Shown: one piece after another, positions 38,201 through 45,861 of the stretch | How the letters are laid out: each line of letters opens with the position of its first letter | How positions within the stretch are numbered: the stretch's first letter is position 1 | Source: a virus | DNA length: 60,874 nucleotides | Virus genome (UHGV): UHGV-0342847 | Reading direction: 5' to 3' (one strand) | Made by a program: the position numbers and the translations under genes | Notes under the pieces: generated by a model | What the model was told of the DNA's origin: nothing | Database searches by the model: none | The model's input: the letters and a program-made list of their open reading frames with translations, nothing else

Positions 38201-41200
38201 AGTAGCTCGTCCACCGGCAGCAGGCTGGTCGGCAACACCCGCGTCATTTCGTTCACCGGATCCAGCAACTCGGCTTTCATCTGGTTGTACTGCAGTTGTG
38301 ATATCAGGATCTGCCTGCGCAGGAGTTTCAGCGCCTGCAGGCTGCTCATTTCTCTGTTCCTGTTGAATTGCCGCATTCTGTGAACCTCTCTGTTTAAGGC
38401 CAGCAATAGCGTTTTTATCAATAACAGCGTATTCGGTGCGCCCACGCGGGTCAGTGCCCACGACAACGCCGTAACCTTTCGATAGCAGATCGTTGATAGT
38501 GTTCTCTGACAGGCGGGTGATATCACCTTCCTTACGGAAAACCTTTGTTCCAGGCTTGATATTGACGTCGTAAACCGTTGGCGTTCCGCCCATCATCCCG
38601 GCGTAACCTTCAGCCTGTGCCGCGTCCTCCGCCCGGGTGCCGTAGAAACCACCATAAACGCGACCTTTCTTGCCTTGCTTCTGGCCTTCAGGACGGATGA
38701 TCTGGATATCATCGGCAGTGAGGTTAGGGTTTCCGGATCCATGAACGATGGTCATGCCTTCGTTGCCTACGGTTTCCCCGTCACTTTCACTATTCCCTCG
38801 GTTCAGGAACTCTGCTGATTTGTCGTTGAGCCTTTTTGACTCTGCCGTCTCTTCGGCTGTGCGGTTGCTCTTGTTCAGCAATTCTTTCAGGCGCAGGGAT
38901 TCCGTTTTGGTCAGGCCAAAATCATCGACTGCGTTACCGCTTTCCCGGTCTTTTACTTTGGCGTTAAGCGCTTTTTCCACCTGGCGGCGTGCATCCATCA
39001 GACGCTTATCCATCCCGCCGTTCTGTTTTGCCTGCTGCGCAATATAACGCATCCGGCCGCGCAGCTCGTCTTCACTCAGATCGGTAAGTGGGCGCTCCTG
39101 CGGCACGTCGATTTCGCGCACAGCTGGCTTGCCATCGATGATTTCACCAGTAGCAGGGTCAACGGTCATGCCGTCATCGGTAGCCTGCTGCTGGATTTCC
39201 GGCTGCGCTGCAGGCTGTTCTTCCTGCACTGGTGCGGCGGCTTGCTCAGTCTGAGGCAGGTTAATGTCGATATCATCAGGAGTGACGGTGTACGGCGTGC
39301 CGGTTCCGTCGCGAACGGTAACACTGCCGTCATTCTCGTAACGGTCAATGGTGACGTCCATCGCGGTAGACGGGTCGCCTTTTGCCTGAATGTTGATGGC
39401 GTTTCCAGGTTCTCCCGCCCAGAGATTGCCGTTTGCCGCTGTTGGTTGATCAGCCGTTCCACGCACTGCTCGCTCAAGCGGTCCAGCATCATCCGACAGG
39501 CCACTATCGTCACGCGGAGGTGTTGGTGCAGCATCCGTGGCCGCATCCTGCATCTGTGCTTCCGGATCTGTAGGCGCAACTTGTACAGGAGTGGTTTCTG
39601 CTGGCGTAGCATCCTGTTGCTGGCTAACGCGAGGGGCAGCAAGCCCCATTCCTGCCCCCATCATCCCACCAAGAGCAGCGCCGCCAGCTACCTGGTTAGC
39701 TACGCCCTTCATCAGAGGCGTGCTCGGGTCAGCTTCCTGCATGGCATAGTTCTGCCCCATCTGCTGGAATGCGCTTTGCGGGGCTTCTTCAAACAGGCCT
39801 TCACCTATAGCGCCGGTAAGGGCAGACTTCAGGCGACCACCAGCATTCCCAGTGATGATTTTCGCCATAGCGCGATCGCCCATGCCGCCGAAAATACCGG
39901 TACCGACACCGGCCAGCAGGAAAGCTTTCGACGCGGCGTTTTCTGCCAACTCTGAACGGGCTTGTTCAAACGTCTTGCCGCCGTCCATAAGAGATTTAAG
40001 CGCCTGGCTGTCTTTCAACTGGTCAGGCGTCATCTGGTTGATCTGCTCACGCGTTTCGCGGGCAGACTGCGCACCACCTAAACCACCTTCCAGAATGCCA
40101 CCAGCAACGGTAGCAGTACGGGCAGCAGCCTTTGCTGCCACCTCACGTGAAGCACCACTCGCAATAGCTCTTTTATAGGCCATAGACGCAAGGCGACCAG
40201 ATCCGCCCATCGTTACCGCCATTTCTGGCAGTGATTCAAGGATTCCGGACATATACGCACGAGGATCCGACCACGCCGGGCCGAAACTGTAGCCAGTGGC
40301 TTTCTTGCCGCCGCCGATATCATCACCAGGCTCGACCACCCACGCCTTTTTGCGGGCAGCGGCAAGCTCAGGCGAGTAGGATTTCTCAGTGGATTTGTCC
40401 CACTCTTTGAAAATTTCCTCAGAGCTTTTCCCATTTGCCCAGCGGTCAAAGCGATCGGCAGCATTGACGATTGGCTTACCGATCAGCGGTACACGGCTTA
40501 CCAGCTCCTTTGTATCCTTTGCGGCAATGTTCACACCGGATTGTAGGAGGTTCATCACGTCAGCGCCCATTTCCAGCGCGTCGTCCATGATCCCCTGTTG
40601 TTTGGCGGTCTGCGCCTGCTGCTTCTGCTCTTCCTGTGCCATATGCTCAGGAATGGATACGGGCTGAGTAATAGCCTTCACATCCTGCTGTAACTGGTTA
40701 GCCTTGCCGATTACGTCACTTTCCTGCTGCTGTACCTGTGCCATTTCAGAGGCGGTCAGCGGTCGGTAACGACCAGGCTCTTCGGCGTTAAGTTGATCGA
40801 GAACGTTTTGTGTTTCGATAGCACGAGCACGGAGATCGTTCTGCTCCATGTTCTCCATAGCACTCTGCGCTGCCGGGTATTCAGCTGCAAAATCACGCTG
40901 CGTCTGTGCTGGCTGCTTGATCTGCCCCTGCGTACCATCAAAGAAGGTCTGCGCCTTGTTAAGGACGTCAACACCGTACTGGCGGGTTTTTGGCCCCCAC
41001 TGTTTGCGGTCATCACCGCCGAAATGCGCGGATATCGCTTCCTGAATGGAATAGCCTTTATCGAGGCGCTGCTTCAGCTGCTTAGCTGCGGCGTCAATCG
41101 CCTGGCGTGGATCGTACGGGTTAATGCCCATCCCGGCAGCGGTAGAGTCGAGATACTGCATCAGGCCTTTGGCTCTGCCCCATTTGGTACGTTGCCCCAG

Positions 41201-41431
41201 CGCGGTAGGGTTGAAACTGGATTCCTGTTGCGCGAGCGCCATCAGTACGTTCACCGGAACACCGTATTTCTGCGATGCACTGGCAAAGTCTGACTGGAAC
41301 GGCACGTTGCCTGGTTCAAATGTGACCTGTTGGCGTCCTTCCTGTGACTTCTGGAATGACTCTGGCAAACCGAAAGACGGCGCTTTTGCCAGCGCCGCTT
41401 CAATTGGTGACGGAAGAGTATCTCGTGCCAC
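29288..41431 (-). CDS. giant (4047 aa) multi-domain virion/ejection 'polyvalent' protein: SLT lytic transglycosylase + SF2 helicase + N6-adenine methyltransferase + GNAT + HExxH peptidase-like + C-terminal membrane segments
   Basis: SLT AQQESSFNP...GLMQYLDSTAAGMGINPY (about 40950-41315). Helicase GTGTGKT / DESH / SAT / QLEGRIYRTGQ (about 34400-35930). MTase VLEPSAGHGAI + NPPYG (about 33700-34130). GNAT RNLGTGTAIM...FYKRFGF (about 33150-33420). HEIMHH (about 32683-32725). Hydrophobic C-terminal segments (about 29700-30750). Confidence 0.85.
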   Translation of the reverse strand: MARDTLPSPIEAALAKAPSFGLPESFQKSQEGRQQVTFEPGNVPFQSDFASASQKYGVPVNVLMALAQQESSFNPTALGQRTKWGRAKGLMQYLDSTAAGMGINPYDPRQAIDAAAKQLKQRLDKGYSIQEAISAHFGGDDRKQWGPKTRQYGVDVLNKAQTFFDGTQGQIKQPAQTQRDFAAEYPAAQSAMENMEQNDLRARAIETQNVLDQLNAEEPGRYRPLTASEMAQVQQQESDVIGKANQLQQDVKAITQPVSIPEHMAQEEQKQQAQTAKQQGIMDDALEMGADVMNLLQSGVNIAAKDTKELVSRVPLIGKPIVNAADRFDRWANGKSSEEIFKEWDKSTEKSYSPELAAARKKAWVVEPGDDIGGGKKATGYSFGPAWSDPRAYMSGILESLPEMAVTMGGSGRLASMAYKRAIASGASREVAAKAAARTATVAGGILEGGLGGAQSARETREQINQMTPDQLKDSQALKSLMDGGKTFEQARSELAENAASKAFLLAGVGTGIFGGMGDRAMAKIITGNAGGRLKSALTGAIGEGLFEEAPQSAFQQMGQNYAMQEADPSTPLMKGVANQVAGGAALGGMMGAGMGLAAPRVSQQQDATPAETTPVQVAPTDPEAQMQDAATDAAPTPPRDDSGLSDDAGPLERAVRGTADQPTAANGNLWAGEPGNAINIQAKGDPSTAMDVTIDRYENDGSVTVRDGTGTPYTVTPDDIDINLPQTEQAAAPVQEEQPAAQPEIQQQATDDGMTVDPATGEIIDGKPAVREIDVPQERPLTDLSEDELRGRMRYIAQQAKQNGGMDKRLMDARRQVEKALNAKVKDRESGNAVDDFGLTKTESLRLKELLNKSNRTAEETAESKRLNDKSAEFLNRGNSESDGETVGNEGMTIVHGSGNPNLTADDIQIIRPEGQKQGKKGRVYGGFYGTRAEDAAQAEGYAGMMGGTPTVYDVNIKPGTKVFRKEGDITRLSENTINDLLSKGYGVVVGTDPRGRTEYAVIDKNAIAGLKQRGSQNAAIQQEQRNEQPAGAETPAQADPDITTAVQPDESRVAGSGERNDAGVADQPAAGGRATVSGDTATADASPALIGGDGKPKWFSTQEKAKAFIDRRKLDGYDAVQVKPNRFEIHKVEQPALAETSGTLTNEGAKAEAPKLPKGKKESPRVNRARKVVGAEGNIVSPSGDVGYAKAGGKYKINGIDKNGTIHLTNQETGSSTTLSVAEMESGRSRNVTWNKTEPVAQSTAETVAETKTSPQQEQRNERKPPRDGVVESGEQLYSMSGRKLSPAPKIDTTGPQKLSNSTKRLNNWMYEEAVKEAQETGNDWNATLLKAIDPNRMSQSDQDTVNSLLFGDPEGPTAKNRSASARQNEQQNIPENIPETRETPRVTVGKDEQSWVNQNAQQDRDRADKAGLTLDIERLFADGKTVAQVESELSDRLKFVGKEERTGFITSVRATLGIPSRSTQEGKAEFDAWKKGYDASQVTEQPQEAAKSAEYGANNKLVSQDRAAELRQRLKAKFSQLNSGIDPEILAIGTELAVFHIEAGVRKFADFAKAMANDLDLPLNRVRPYLRSWYNGARDMMEDSGVSIEGMDTAETVRSELAKLNEQPAASNDQPNAPAAQQDEAQKSSTRQPSRAIGAMDDMVSQFDNEVPNVSTPRTGLEPDSAAAGNAKPVNESADGNGSGTDGQRPATAGRRVNEERDTGQRDQRVSDDGAATRGEPGDQRVHREDGQFRPSQGVSGSDIRTGSAGRSEAGLSTERSRAAAVTANAHAAGAGEFAQRLAAQKKAPKETKWGDADSVRASLPMLLSAQQDDVVKVEQRHQKDNGIVITNGTGTGKTMSGLGVAKRFHNAGRENILILVPSDKIASDWVKSAGWLDMPLKQLSGITDNGGSGPVITTYANLGQNNFLAQREWDLVIPDESHRLMQNESGDVTEQLRMFRALTGHPDGFSSWLQAKYGDQYAELVAAQHARDKDATENNKTDAAEKRSARYDRLLAQWNDLYKSERAKWNARWEKQENLPKTVFMSATPFAYVMNTDYAEGYLFHHTPPADRFKDRSGGGYNSGNPRDMFYIQNFGYRMRYNRLTRPDAEVNTELMEQNFNQYLKDTGALIGRSLDVPFDYDRKFVLIDDAAGKKLDQALEYLNSGENGMYRNIYSAVMDTFDHQRKMFLLESMKARAAIPIIKQHLALGRKVLVVHDYNQGGGFNPFAESLKDMDPALRQVARELFQRPLFRINFSGLDSALNTLLAAFPNAMTFNGTVPKSKRRANADKFNDDLTGPNILIAQSDAMREGVSVHDTSGKHQRVEINLGLPTQPTKAIQLEGRIYRTGQASDAIFRYMTTGTAWEASAFASKLAERASTAENLAMGPDSRALKQSFINSYQDAAPITASKSDGKGGKAADQRDSNTISEFDKAKSYYYAQQKNSKSRDNREGVDYYATPEPVGMKMVEWAGIKPGDKVLEPSAGHGAIARFFPAQTDVTMVEPSLNLSQRAALVNGVARIVNSRFEDLNRTNKYDAIVMNPPYGMGGKTAYDHVSKAVQHLREGGRIVALVPRGGLADQRFNQFMRDNEENGIHLVADIWMPRSTFERAGTQVNTRVLVLEKNTSEDYQAPQTQQEDLSNANSINDLFDQIEDLSVSDREGRQQQMSDLPSFRREQTTREFADQLKAQYPGLKLSLTGTGNVVTLQRIELPSDSRNLGTGTAIMQQITNWADANGKTVALSPSSDFGGNKSRLNEFYKRFGFVDNKGRNKDYEISETMYREPQGEQLPAFTNDQRQASADDIAALTRMRGQESQAIPADKFAELVSRIEFQNRTATTNQEKVLATLRAAEISGVYSKEGAQLAQWLVRQYPHIANSLNIELARGGDSLPAGNYNVPNRLITLFSDFARNGAPVRTTDANTATHEIMHHMERMLPRNVQEAIAKEWTQALEARMQEYADAGDTRREHLLADLVAGMYGDKEGLERARQAFATGELPPGDYQYASPSEYWAENGARIIAERKARGDAPKTWVDRAVEVMKQIIAKIRSILGAKGDDPSAVMEALDSVLAGDGKFVNNQIINRTGDDMYGLVNQFGDYQSPDLQSLRSGMEPDPNIPTEAQDNAKVRTWWDRLKNLPADKITDSMKHGLGLLPLRPLVTELGKNILSLVKYMSLKQSMDAMRNKWHSKTDGTAQKWLKYRVLHPVENVELMDLMHDATISQVDPSESFEPMMTDRDRDALRTVAAGSEQELELVAKAAQDDLRYSAWGDLNARYKKLSGEGQEIFKEVRDAYTEITNEYEKTLLGNMEKAINVRIKRAEREHRADLQRIVDEGLTGQEKADAQAEADKKLKIAKTKTAWNRKARITQLRTQFEMNRLQGPYFPLARFGNLFVTVRDKESGKVESFSRFESAREQREFAQLMRENPKYTVQVGALDDSMTTRKAVDANFVADVEDILADLPNAETVKDEVWQRYLESLPDFSIRKNRIHRTGRKGYNADALRAFGNQMFHSAHQLARLKYTFDMEEALDAAREEAGKTKDPVRDGLVVNEMEKRHQYIMNPTGGSIATKLTSAAFLWFMAASPITAIRNLAQTPMIGIPVMAAYDGTAKGFTRAINQFARASSDLVRGKGSIGESKNLTADEKKAIQAAYDIGIIDRTQAHDLASIGETGIDYSPLKTRLMAAASWAFHHTERINREVTVLMAYRMARAKGLSHQKAIEAANDLTWKTHFDYQNNSRPRVMHNDMMKVALVFRNYSINMLYRLFRDIHQSVKGDSPAAKREARIQLAGITGMMMLGAGLAGTWGAGIVFALASMFMDDDKDPEQELKKNMVEALGPMMTGIILDGVPGYVTGTSQSESLGMRDLWFRSPSTELEGKSEFEYWQSQLLGATPSIASNIFRGFNLMKQGETYRGIETMMPKAVKDPMKAYRYATEGATNLKGDTIVDDVGYGDVIRQALGSTPAKLAEQYDINNAGYNLQQTILRQRSKLMDGYWKADKKGDDTAKDKIVDEITKFNEKYPEQAITGKSIKSSMKTRAQNAESATGGMRYNRKLRERILEEQAPRIYD

Positions 41432-41440
41432 GGTATATCC

Positions 41441-42598
41441 TCAACGTGAAATAATTTGTCCGGTTCGGGTATCGAGATACATCAATCCGCTGCCGCCTTG
41501 CGGTTGTGATTGCTGTTGTCCTGGTAGACCGATTCCCTGCTGTTCATTGATGAGTCTATCACGCATCTTAATAGCGTCTAACGCCTGTTTGGTTTGTTCT
41601 TGAGGCGACAGCTTTTTCCATTCTTTATCGGTGAAGTCTTCTGAGCGAGACTTGATATAATCATCGAGACGCTTGGACATAGGTGCTGACTGGTTTTGCA
41701 CGCCGATAAGAGCCGGGGCCAGCGCTTTAATCTGCGACTCTGGAACGCCACGAGAGCGCAGGTAATCCTCCGCTGCCTTTGCATCCTGCACCTTTTTATT
41801 TCCCGATCCACCTTCAGCTGATTTTTCTGCACGGCGCAGCTGGCTTTCGTTGTTCTGTCCTTCGAGTTTGTAATTCTGGTCAATTTCCTTTTCGGTGAGC
41901 TTACGCTGCCAGTCACGCTGCTCTTTTGCAGACTCAGCGGTAATCTTCTGTCCCGACTTCAGCTGGTCAATGCCGTACTCAAAGACGTTTTTCGGATCAC
42001 CGAACTGCATGGCGGTCTTGTAAATATCATCCATGCTGTTGAAACTATGCGTTGTCTCTTTGCCGGTCTTATCGTTCTTCAGGGTAATATCCCAACCAGC
42101 GGCATTCCCGTCCTTGTCACGGCGAACATCGGCCTTAACAGCGGTCATGCCATCCTCAAAATAGCCAGGCTGGTTGTACAGTTTGACCATGTTATCCATT
42201 ACGGCATCGGGATTTCCCATTTGCGCCGCACGGATCATTCCAACACCGTATTTCATGCCCTGCTGTACGTTGGTGTCCTGAATCCACTTCCCGAAGGCGT
42301 TGGCCTTGTCCATATCGCCTTGCGACAGCCAGTATTGCTGAAGTTTCGGCGCGGTGTTCTGCATGTAGTAGTTCATAACGTTATCGATTTGCCCGTCAGT
42401 TTTTGCAGCGGCTTCATCAGCACCCTGCGCTGCGAGATCGATAGCGCCCTGTTTTGACTTGTTTTCGCGATCCAGTTCGTTAACCCTCATATCCGTCAAC
42501 TTCTGACGGCTGCGAGCGTTCTGGATGTTTGCGTAAGCGTCAGCGCCCTGGGCCACACCAGACAGGAATGAACCAAGCCCGATACCGAAATTTGCCAT
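41441..42598 (-). CDS. internal virion/ejection protein (Gly-rich N-terminus)
   Basis: MANFGIGLGSFLSGVAQG N-terminus, paralogous to the next gene. Position is upstream of the giant gene. Confidence 0.45.
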   Translation of the reverse strand: MANFGIGLGSFLSGVAQGADAYANIQNARSRQKLTDMRVNELDRENKSKQGAIDLAAQGADEAAAKTDGQIDNVMNYYMQNTAPKLQQYWLSQGDMDKANAFGKWIQDTNVQQGMKYGVGMIRAAQMGNPDAVMDNMVKLYNQPGYFEDGMTAVKADVRRDKDGNAAGWDITLKNDKTGKETTHSFNSMDDIYKTAMQFGDPKNVFEYGIDQLKSGQKITAESAKEQRDWQRKLTEKEIDQNYKLEGQNNESQLRRAEKSAEGGSGNKKVQDAKAAEDYLRSRGVPESQIKALAPALIGVQNQSAPMSKRLDDYIKSRSEDFTDKEWKKLSPQEQTKQALDAIKMRDRLINEQQGIGLPGQQQSQPQGGSGLMYLDTRTGQIISR

Positions 42599-42607
42599 GA
42601 TGACCCC

Positions 42608-42964
42608 TTAGAAAAAGCTGGCAATGGTTCCCCAGTTGCCTGAGTTATTGGTTGCAGTCTTCGCCTGCGGAGAGCTGGGCATCACCTGGCTCTGTGTCGG
42701 GTTGTAACCCATGCCAATACCGGCATTACTACCCAGATCGTCAAAACTGCTTTGTGGTGGCATTTGCCCGGGTAAGTCCATTGAACCAGGCTGAGCTGCT
42801 GCATTCTGGATAGCCGTGCCAGAACCAACGCCTCCACCAGAGCCGTTCTTCGCTGCCATATTCTCCAACGCATCGGACATTTTCTTATTTCGGTCCATGC
42901 TCATACCCAACTGCATGCCGCCAGATACACCTTCAAGAAACGAACCTAATCCCATACCAGCCAT
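42608..42964 (-). CDS. small Gly-rich internal virion protein
   Basis: MAGMGLGSFLEGVSGG... low complexity. Confidence 0.4.
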   Translation of the reverse strand: MAGMGLGSFLEGVSGGMQLGMSMDRNKKMSDALENMAAKNGSGGGVGSGTAIQNAAAQPGSMDLPGQMPPQSSFDDLGSNAGIGMGYNPTQSQVMPSSPQAKTATNNSGNWGTIASFF

Positions 42965-43209
42965 TACGTATCCTCCCGCACGGATAAGCCCATGCCTTTA
43001 GCCGAAGCCATCTTATCGACCTTCTTACTCAAGTCCTGAACGGCCTTCATCGTCAGCCCCAGACCATCAACGAGGTTGAGCGTCGTACCGTCACCCTTAC
43101 CAGTTGCTTTCGTGAAGTCTTCAGCATAAACGCCGATGTGCTCGCCACCATCAGAAACGCCGTCTTTGTACTTCCACTCTTCAACCGGTTGTTTGTTCTC
43201 TTTGAGCTT

Positions 43210-44187
43210 TTAGGAAGAGAACGCCATCAGGCCCATACCGGCCAGCGAACCAATGCCACCCCACAAGCTTGATGAAGACTGGTTCTTCATTTGCTGCTGG
43301 GCCAGATTGTTCTGGAATTGCTGGTTCAGGATATTAGCCTGCTGACCATAGCCATTCATCGCACCCTGGAAGCCGCTACCCATAATGTTGGCATTACCAG
43401 CTGCCTGCGCGTTGTTGCTGGCGGTCGTGCCGTATCCTGCTGATGCAGTGGATGAACTTAGCCCCAGCGAGGTGGCCGGGTTTACACCCAGACCAGATCC
43501 AAGGTTGATGGCGTCACCCTTCAGTGACATAGCCTGATTACGTACCGTGTTGCGCGCCTGGTTCTGTGCTCCTGCGGCAGCGAGAGTTGTCGCCCCCTCC
43601 GCTGCGCGGTCAACACCGGCATAACGCCCGCTGGTTGGATTAACGCCCATACTGGCCTGCTGACGCTGCGTTGCGGCGCGCTGCTGGCTGGCATTGGTCA
43701 GTACGTCGGCCTTTGCCTCAGCCGCCATCTGCTGCTGTCGTTCTGGGCTATCCCAGTTGTTCGCCTTATCAATAAATTCGTCCTGGAGAGGGACAAACGT
43801 ATTTTGATAGCGGTCACGGTCGGAGGTGGCCCATTCCTGCGCCTGTTTGCTGGCGTCGAGCTGCTGCTGAGTGACCGCGTTAGCGAGCTTGTCCTGTTCC
43901 TTCTGTCGCTCATTGGCGACAGCGAACTGCTCATTGGCGAATTTTAGCCAGTCCTCGCCGGTCTGTGCAGTTTTCAGGGCTGCAATGCCTATATTAGGAT
44001 CTGATTGCACATTGGTGCTGCTACCCTTTTTGAACATGACGTTCTTTTCCCATTCAGCCTCTTCGGGCTTCTCTGGTTTTGGTAGAGCATCACCGATAGC
44101 TGCCAGAGCCGTATCTGGCAGCTGCGGCCACAACGTCATAACCATGATTAACATCATGGTGAGCATGAGTGGGATCTCATTTTGCAT
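43210..44187 (-). CDS. internal virion/ejection protein with N-terminal TM segment
   Basis: N-terminal hydrophobic helix, Gln/Ala-rich body and Gly-rich C-terminus. Confidence 0.45.
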   Translation of the reverse strand: MQNEIPLMLTMMLIMVMTLWPQLPDTALAAIGDALPKPEKPEEAEWEKNVMFKKGSSTNVQSDPNIGIAALKTAQTGEDWLKFANEQFAVANERQKEQDKLANAVTQQQLDASKQAQEWATSDRDRYQNTFVPLQDEFIDKANNWDSPERQQQMAAEAKADVLTNASQQRAATQRQQASMGVNPTSGRYAGVDRAAEGATTLAAAGAQNQARNTVRNQAMSLKGDAINLGSGLGVNPATSLGLSSSTASAGYGTTASNNAQAAGNANIMGSGFQGAMNGYGQQANILNQQFQNNLAQQQMKNQSSSSLWGGIGSLAGMGLMAFSS

Positions 44188-44647
44188 CGTGTTTCCTCCG
44201 GTATTTCTTCTGGATTTCGATAAATCGCTCTCTCAGCATGCCAAGGATGATTAAATCATCGTCTGGCAGTGCCTGCCTGAGATATCCCTCGCGCTCGAAC
44301 CCAAGATGCAGATCAAACCGAAGGGCTTTCTCATTTTTTGCTGGCACCAGGCCGGTCACACGGCGAAGGTTCCACACCACAAAAGGCTGGTAAAAACTCA
44401 TGTTGAGGTAGGTTCGTGAGAACCAGTGACCGGTTAGATCACTGGCAATATGGATGTTGCAGTCACACTCAGAAAACCCGTCATAGAGCGTGACTGCGTG
44501 AATACCTTTCTCGCTAACCAGACCAATGCACTTTGCATCAGGACGCGGCTTGAAATGTATTCTCTCCGCTGCCCATGCGATCAGCTCATCGCTGTGACCT
44601 ACTATCTGTCTCACAATGCAATCCTCATGTTGCCCTTTCGACAACAT
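44177..44647 (-). CDS. GNAT-like acetyltransferase-fold protein within the virion module
   Basis: LRRVTGLVPAKNEKALRFDLHLGFEREG resembles GNAT motif A and the acetyl-CoA binding region. Confidence 0.4.
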   Translation of the reverse strand: MLSKGQHEDCIVRQIVGHSDELIAWAAERIHFKPRPDAKCIGLVSEKGIHAVTLYDGFSECDCNIHIASDLTGHWFSRTYLNMSFYQPFVVWNLRRVTGLVPAKNEKALRFDLHLGFEREGYLRQALPDDDLIILGMLRERFIEIQKKYRRKHDAK

Positions 44648-44679
44648 GATAGATGGAAAGGCAACATTTAAACAGCAAG

Positions 44680-45861
44680 CTACGCCGACAGGCGAGTTAT
44701 TTTCACGCCAGCATTGGCTAGCTGATATGACCCAGAGCCTGAGTTATAGAAATAGACTACGCGCTGTGCTCCAGCAGCAAGCCTTTCCATACATACCAGT
44801 CTGATTAATGTCGTAGAGTTTTCCCCCATAGATACTACTCCAGCAGCGCTGTAACCTGTCCTCAGCGATGTTGGCACTGTGGTGGTATCGGTGCTGATTC
44901 CCAGCAATGCTCCTTCAGGAGGCTGACCGGAACCGCCGCCAACAACCCTTATCCACAACTCAAACATGTATATCCCTGCCTGGGGAACAGTGAATATGGT
45001 ATTGCTCGTTTTGGTTATCCCGCCACTCAGCTCATTACTGGTGAAAAATGGTATCGCGGTGTAAGCGCCAGCAGGGAACGTCGTAGCGCCTGGATTTACC
45101 TGGTCAGCGTATGGCGCAGCCTGTAGGGAGGCAAGATCCTGCCATGCACCCCACACACCGCCAGACCTGAAACGAACATACGTCCTGCCTGTTGCGTTGA
45201 TAACGCCGAACTGAGTGAGGTCGTTACCACTCGATGCCACTGTCCAGCCATGGCCAAAGCTACCTGCTACTGGCGTATTTGTTGATGCACTCGACCACTG
45301 GAACTCTTTATTCCTGACGGCAGTGTTTAGATCTGCGGTGACGTTAAGAAACGATGCACCCAACTCAAGATCGTTAACATCAACTTCAAGCTGAGCGATA
45401 TCGCCTTCATTTGCCGTCACTCTCGCAGTTAGTGCAGTCAGGTCTGTTTGTAGATGTGAAACATCGATCTGCAACTGAGTGACGTCACCTCCGACACTAT
45501 TCAGCTCGTTACTGATCGTGGCAATGTCATTTTCCAGTTGGGTGAGCGCCCCTTCCGCATCAGCAATTCGCTGCTCCAGTGCGCTCATTGCTGTTTCAAG
45601 GTCATTAATATTCTGCTCGACCTCGTTAAGTCTGATTTCAATCTGTGTTATCTGCGCATTGATATCGTCAATATCATCCTTGACCTCCTTCAGCGCAGTT
45701 TTCAGGCTTTCAATGGATTTCCTGACCTCTGCGATGATCTTCTGAACGTCCACCAGCTCGCCACGCCTCAGCGCCCACTCTCGTGGATTGCCACGCGAAC
45801 CCCAGAGAATTTCCAGCTTTTCGGTAGCTAACTGTCCGCCAACACCGGCACGTCCCGCCAT
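44680..45861 (-). CDS. tail fiber protein (N-terminal anchor, heptad coiled coil, C-terminal globular domain)
   Basis: Long run of heptads DIDDINAQITQIEIRLNEVEQNINDLETAMSALEQRIADAEGALTQLEND..., then a Gly/Ser/Thr-rich distal domain. Confidence 0.6.
   Translation of the reverse strand: MAGRAGVGGQLATEKLEILWGSRGNPREWALRRGELVDVQKIIAEVRKSIESLKTALKEVKDDIDDINAQITQIEIRLNEVEQNINDLETAMSALEQRIADAEGALTQLENDIATISNELNSVGGDVTQLQIDVSHLQTDLTALTARVTANEGDIAQLEVDVNDLELGASFLNVTADLNTAVRNKEFQWSSASTNTPVAGSFGHGWTVASSGNDLTQFGVINATGRTYVRFRSGGVWGAWQDLASLQAAPYADQVNPGATTFPAGAYTAIPFFTSNELSGGITKTSNTIFTVPQAGIYMFELWIRVVGGGSGQPPEGALLGISTDTTTVPTSLRTGYSAAGVVSMGENSTTLIRLVCMERLAAGAQRVVYFYNSGSGSYQLANAGVKITRLSA

Noticed and set aside
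29288-41431. Giant ORF as a siphovirus tape-measure protein
   Set aside because: 4047 aa would imply a tail of about 600 nm. No tail tube or chaperone-frameshift genes lie upstream. It contains helicase, MTase, GNAT and peptidase motifs typical of injected polyvalent proteins rather than TMP repeats.
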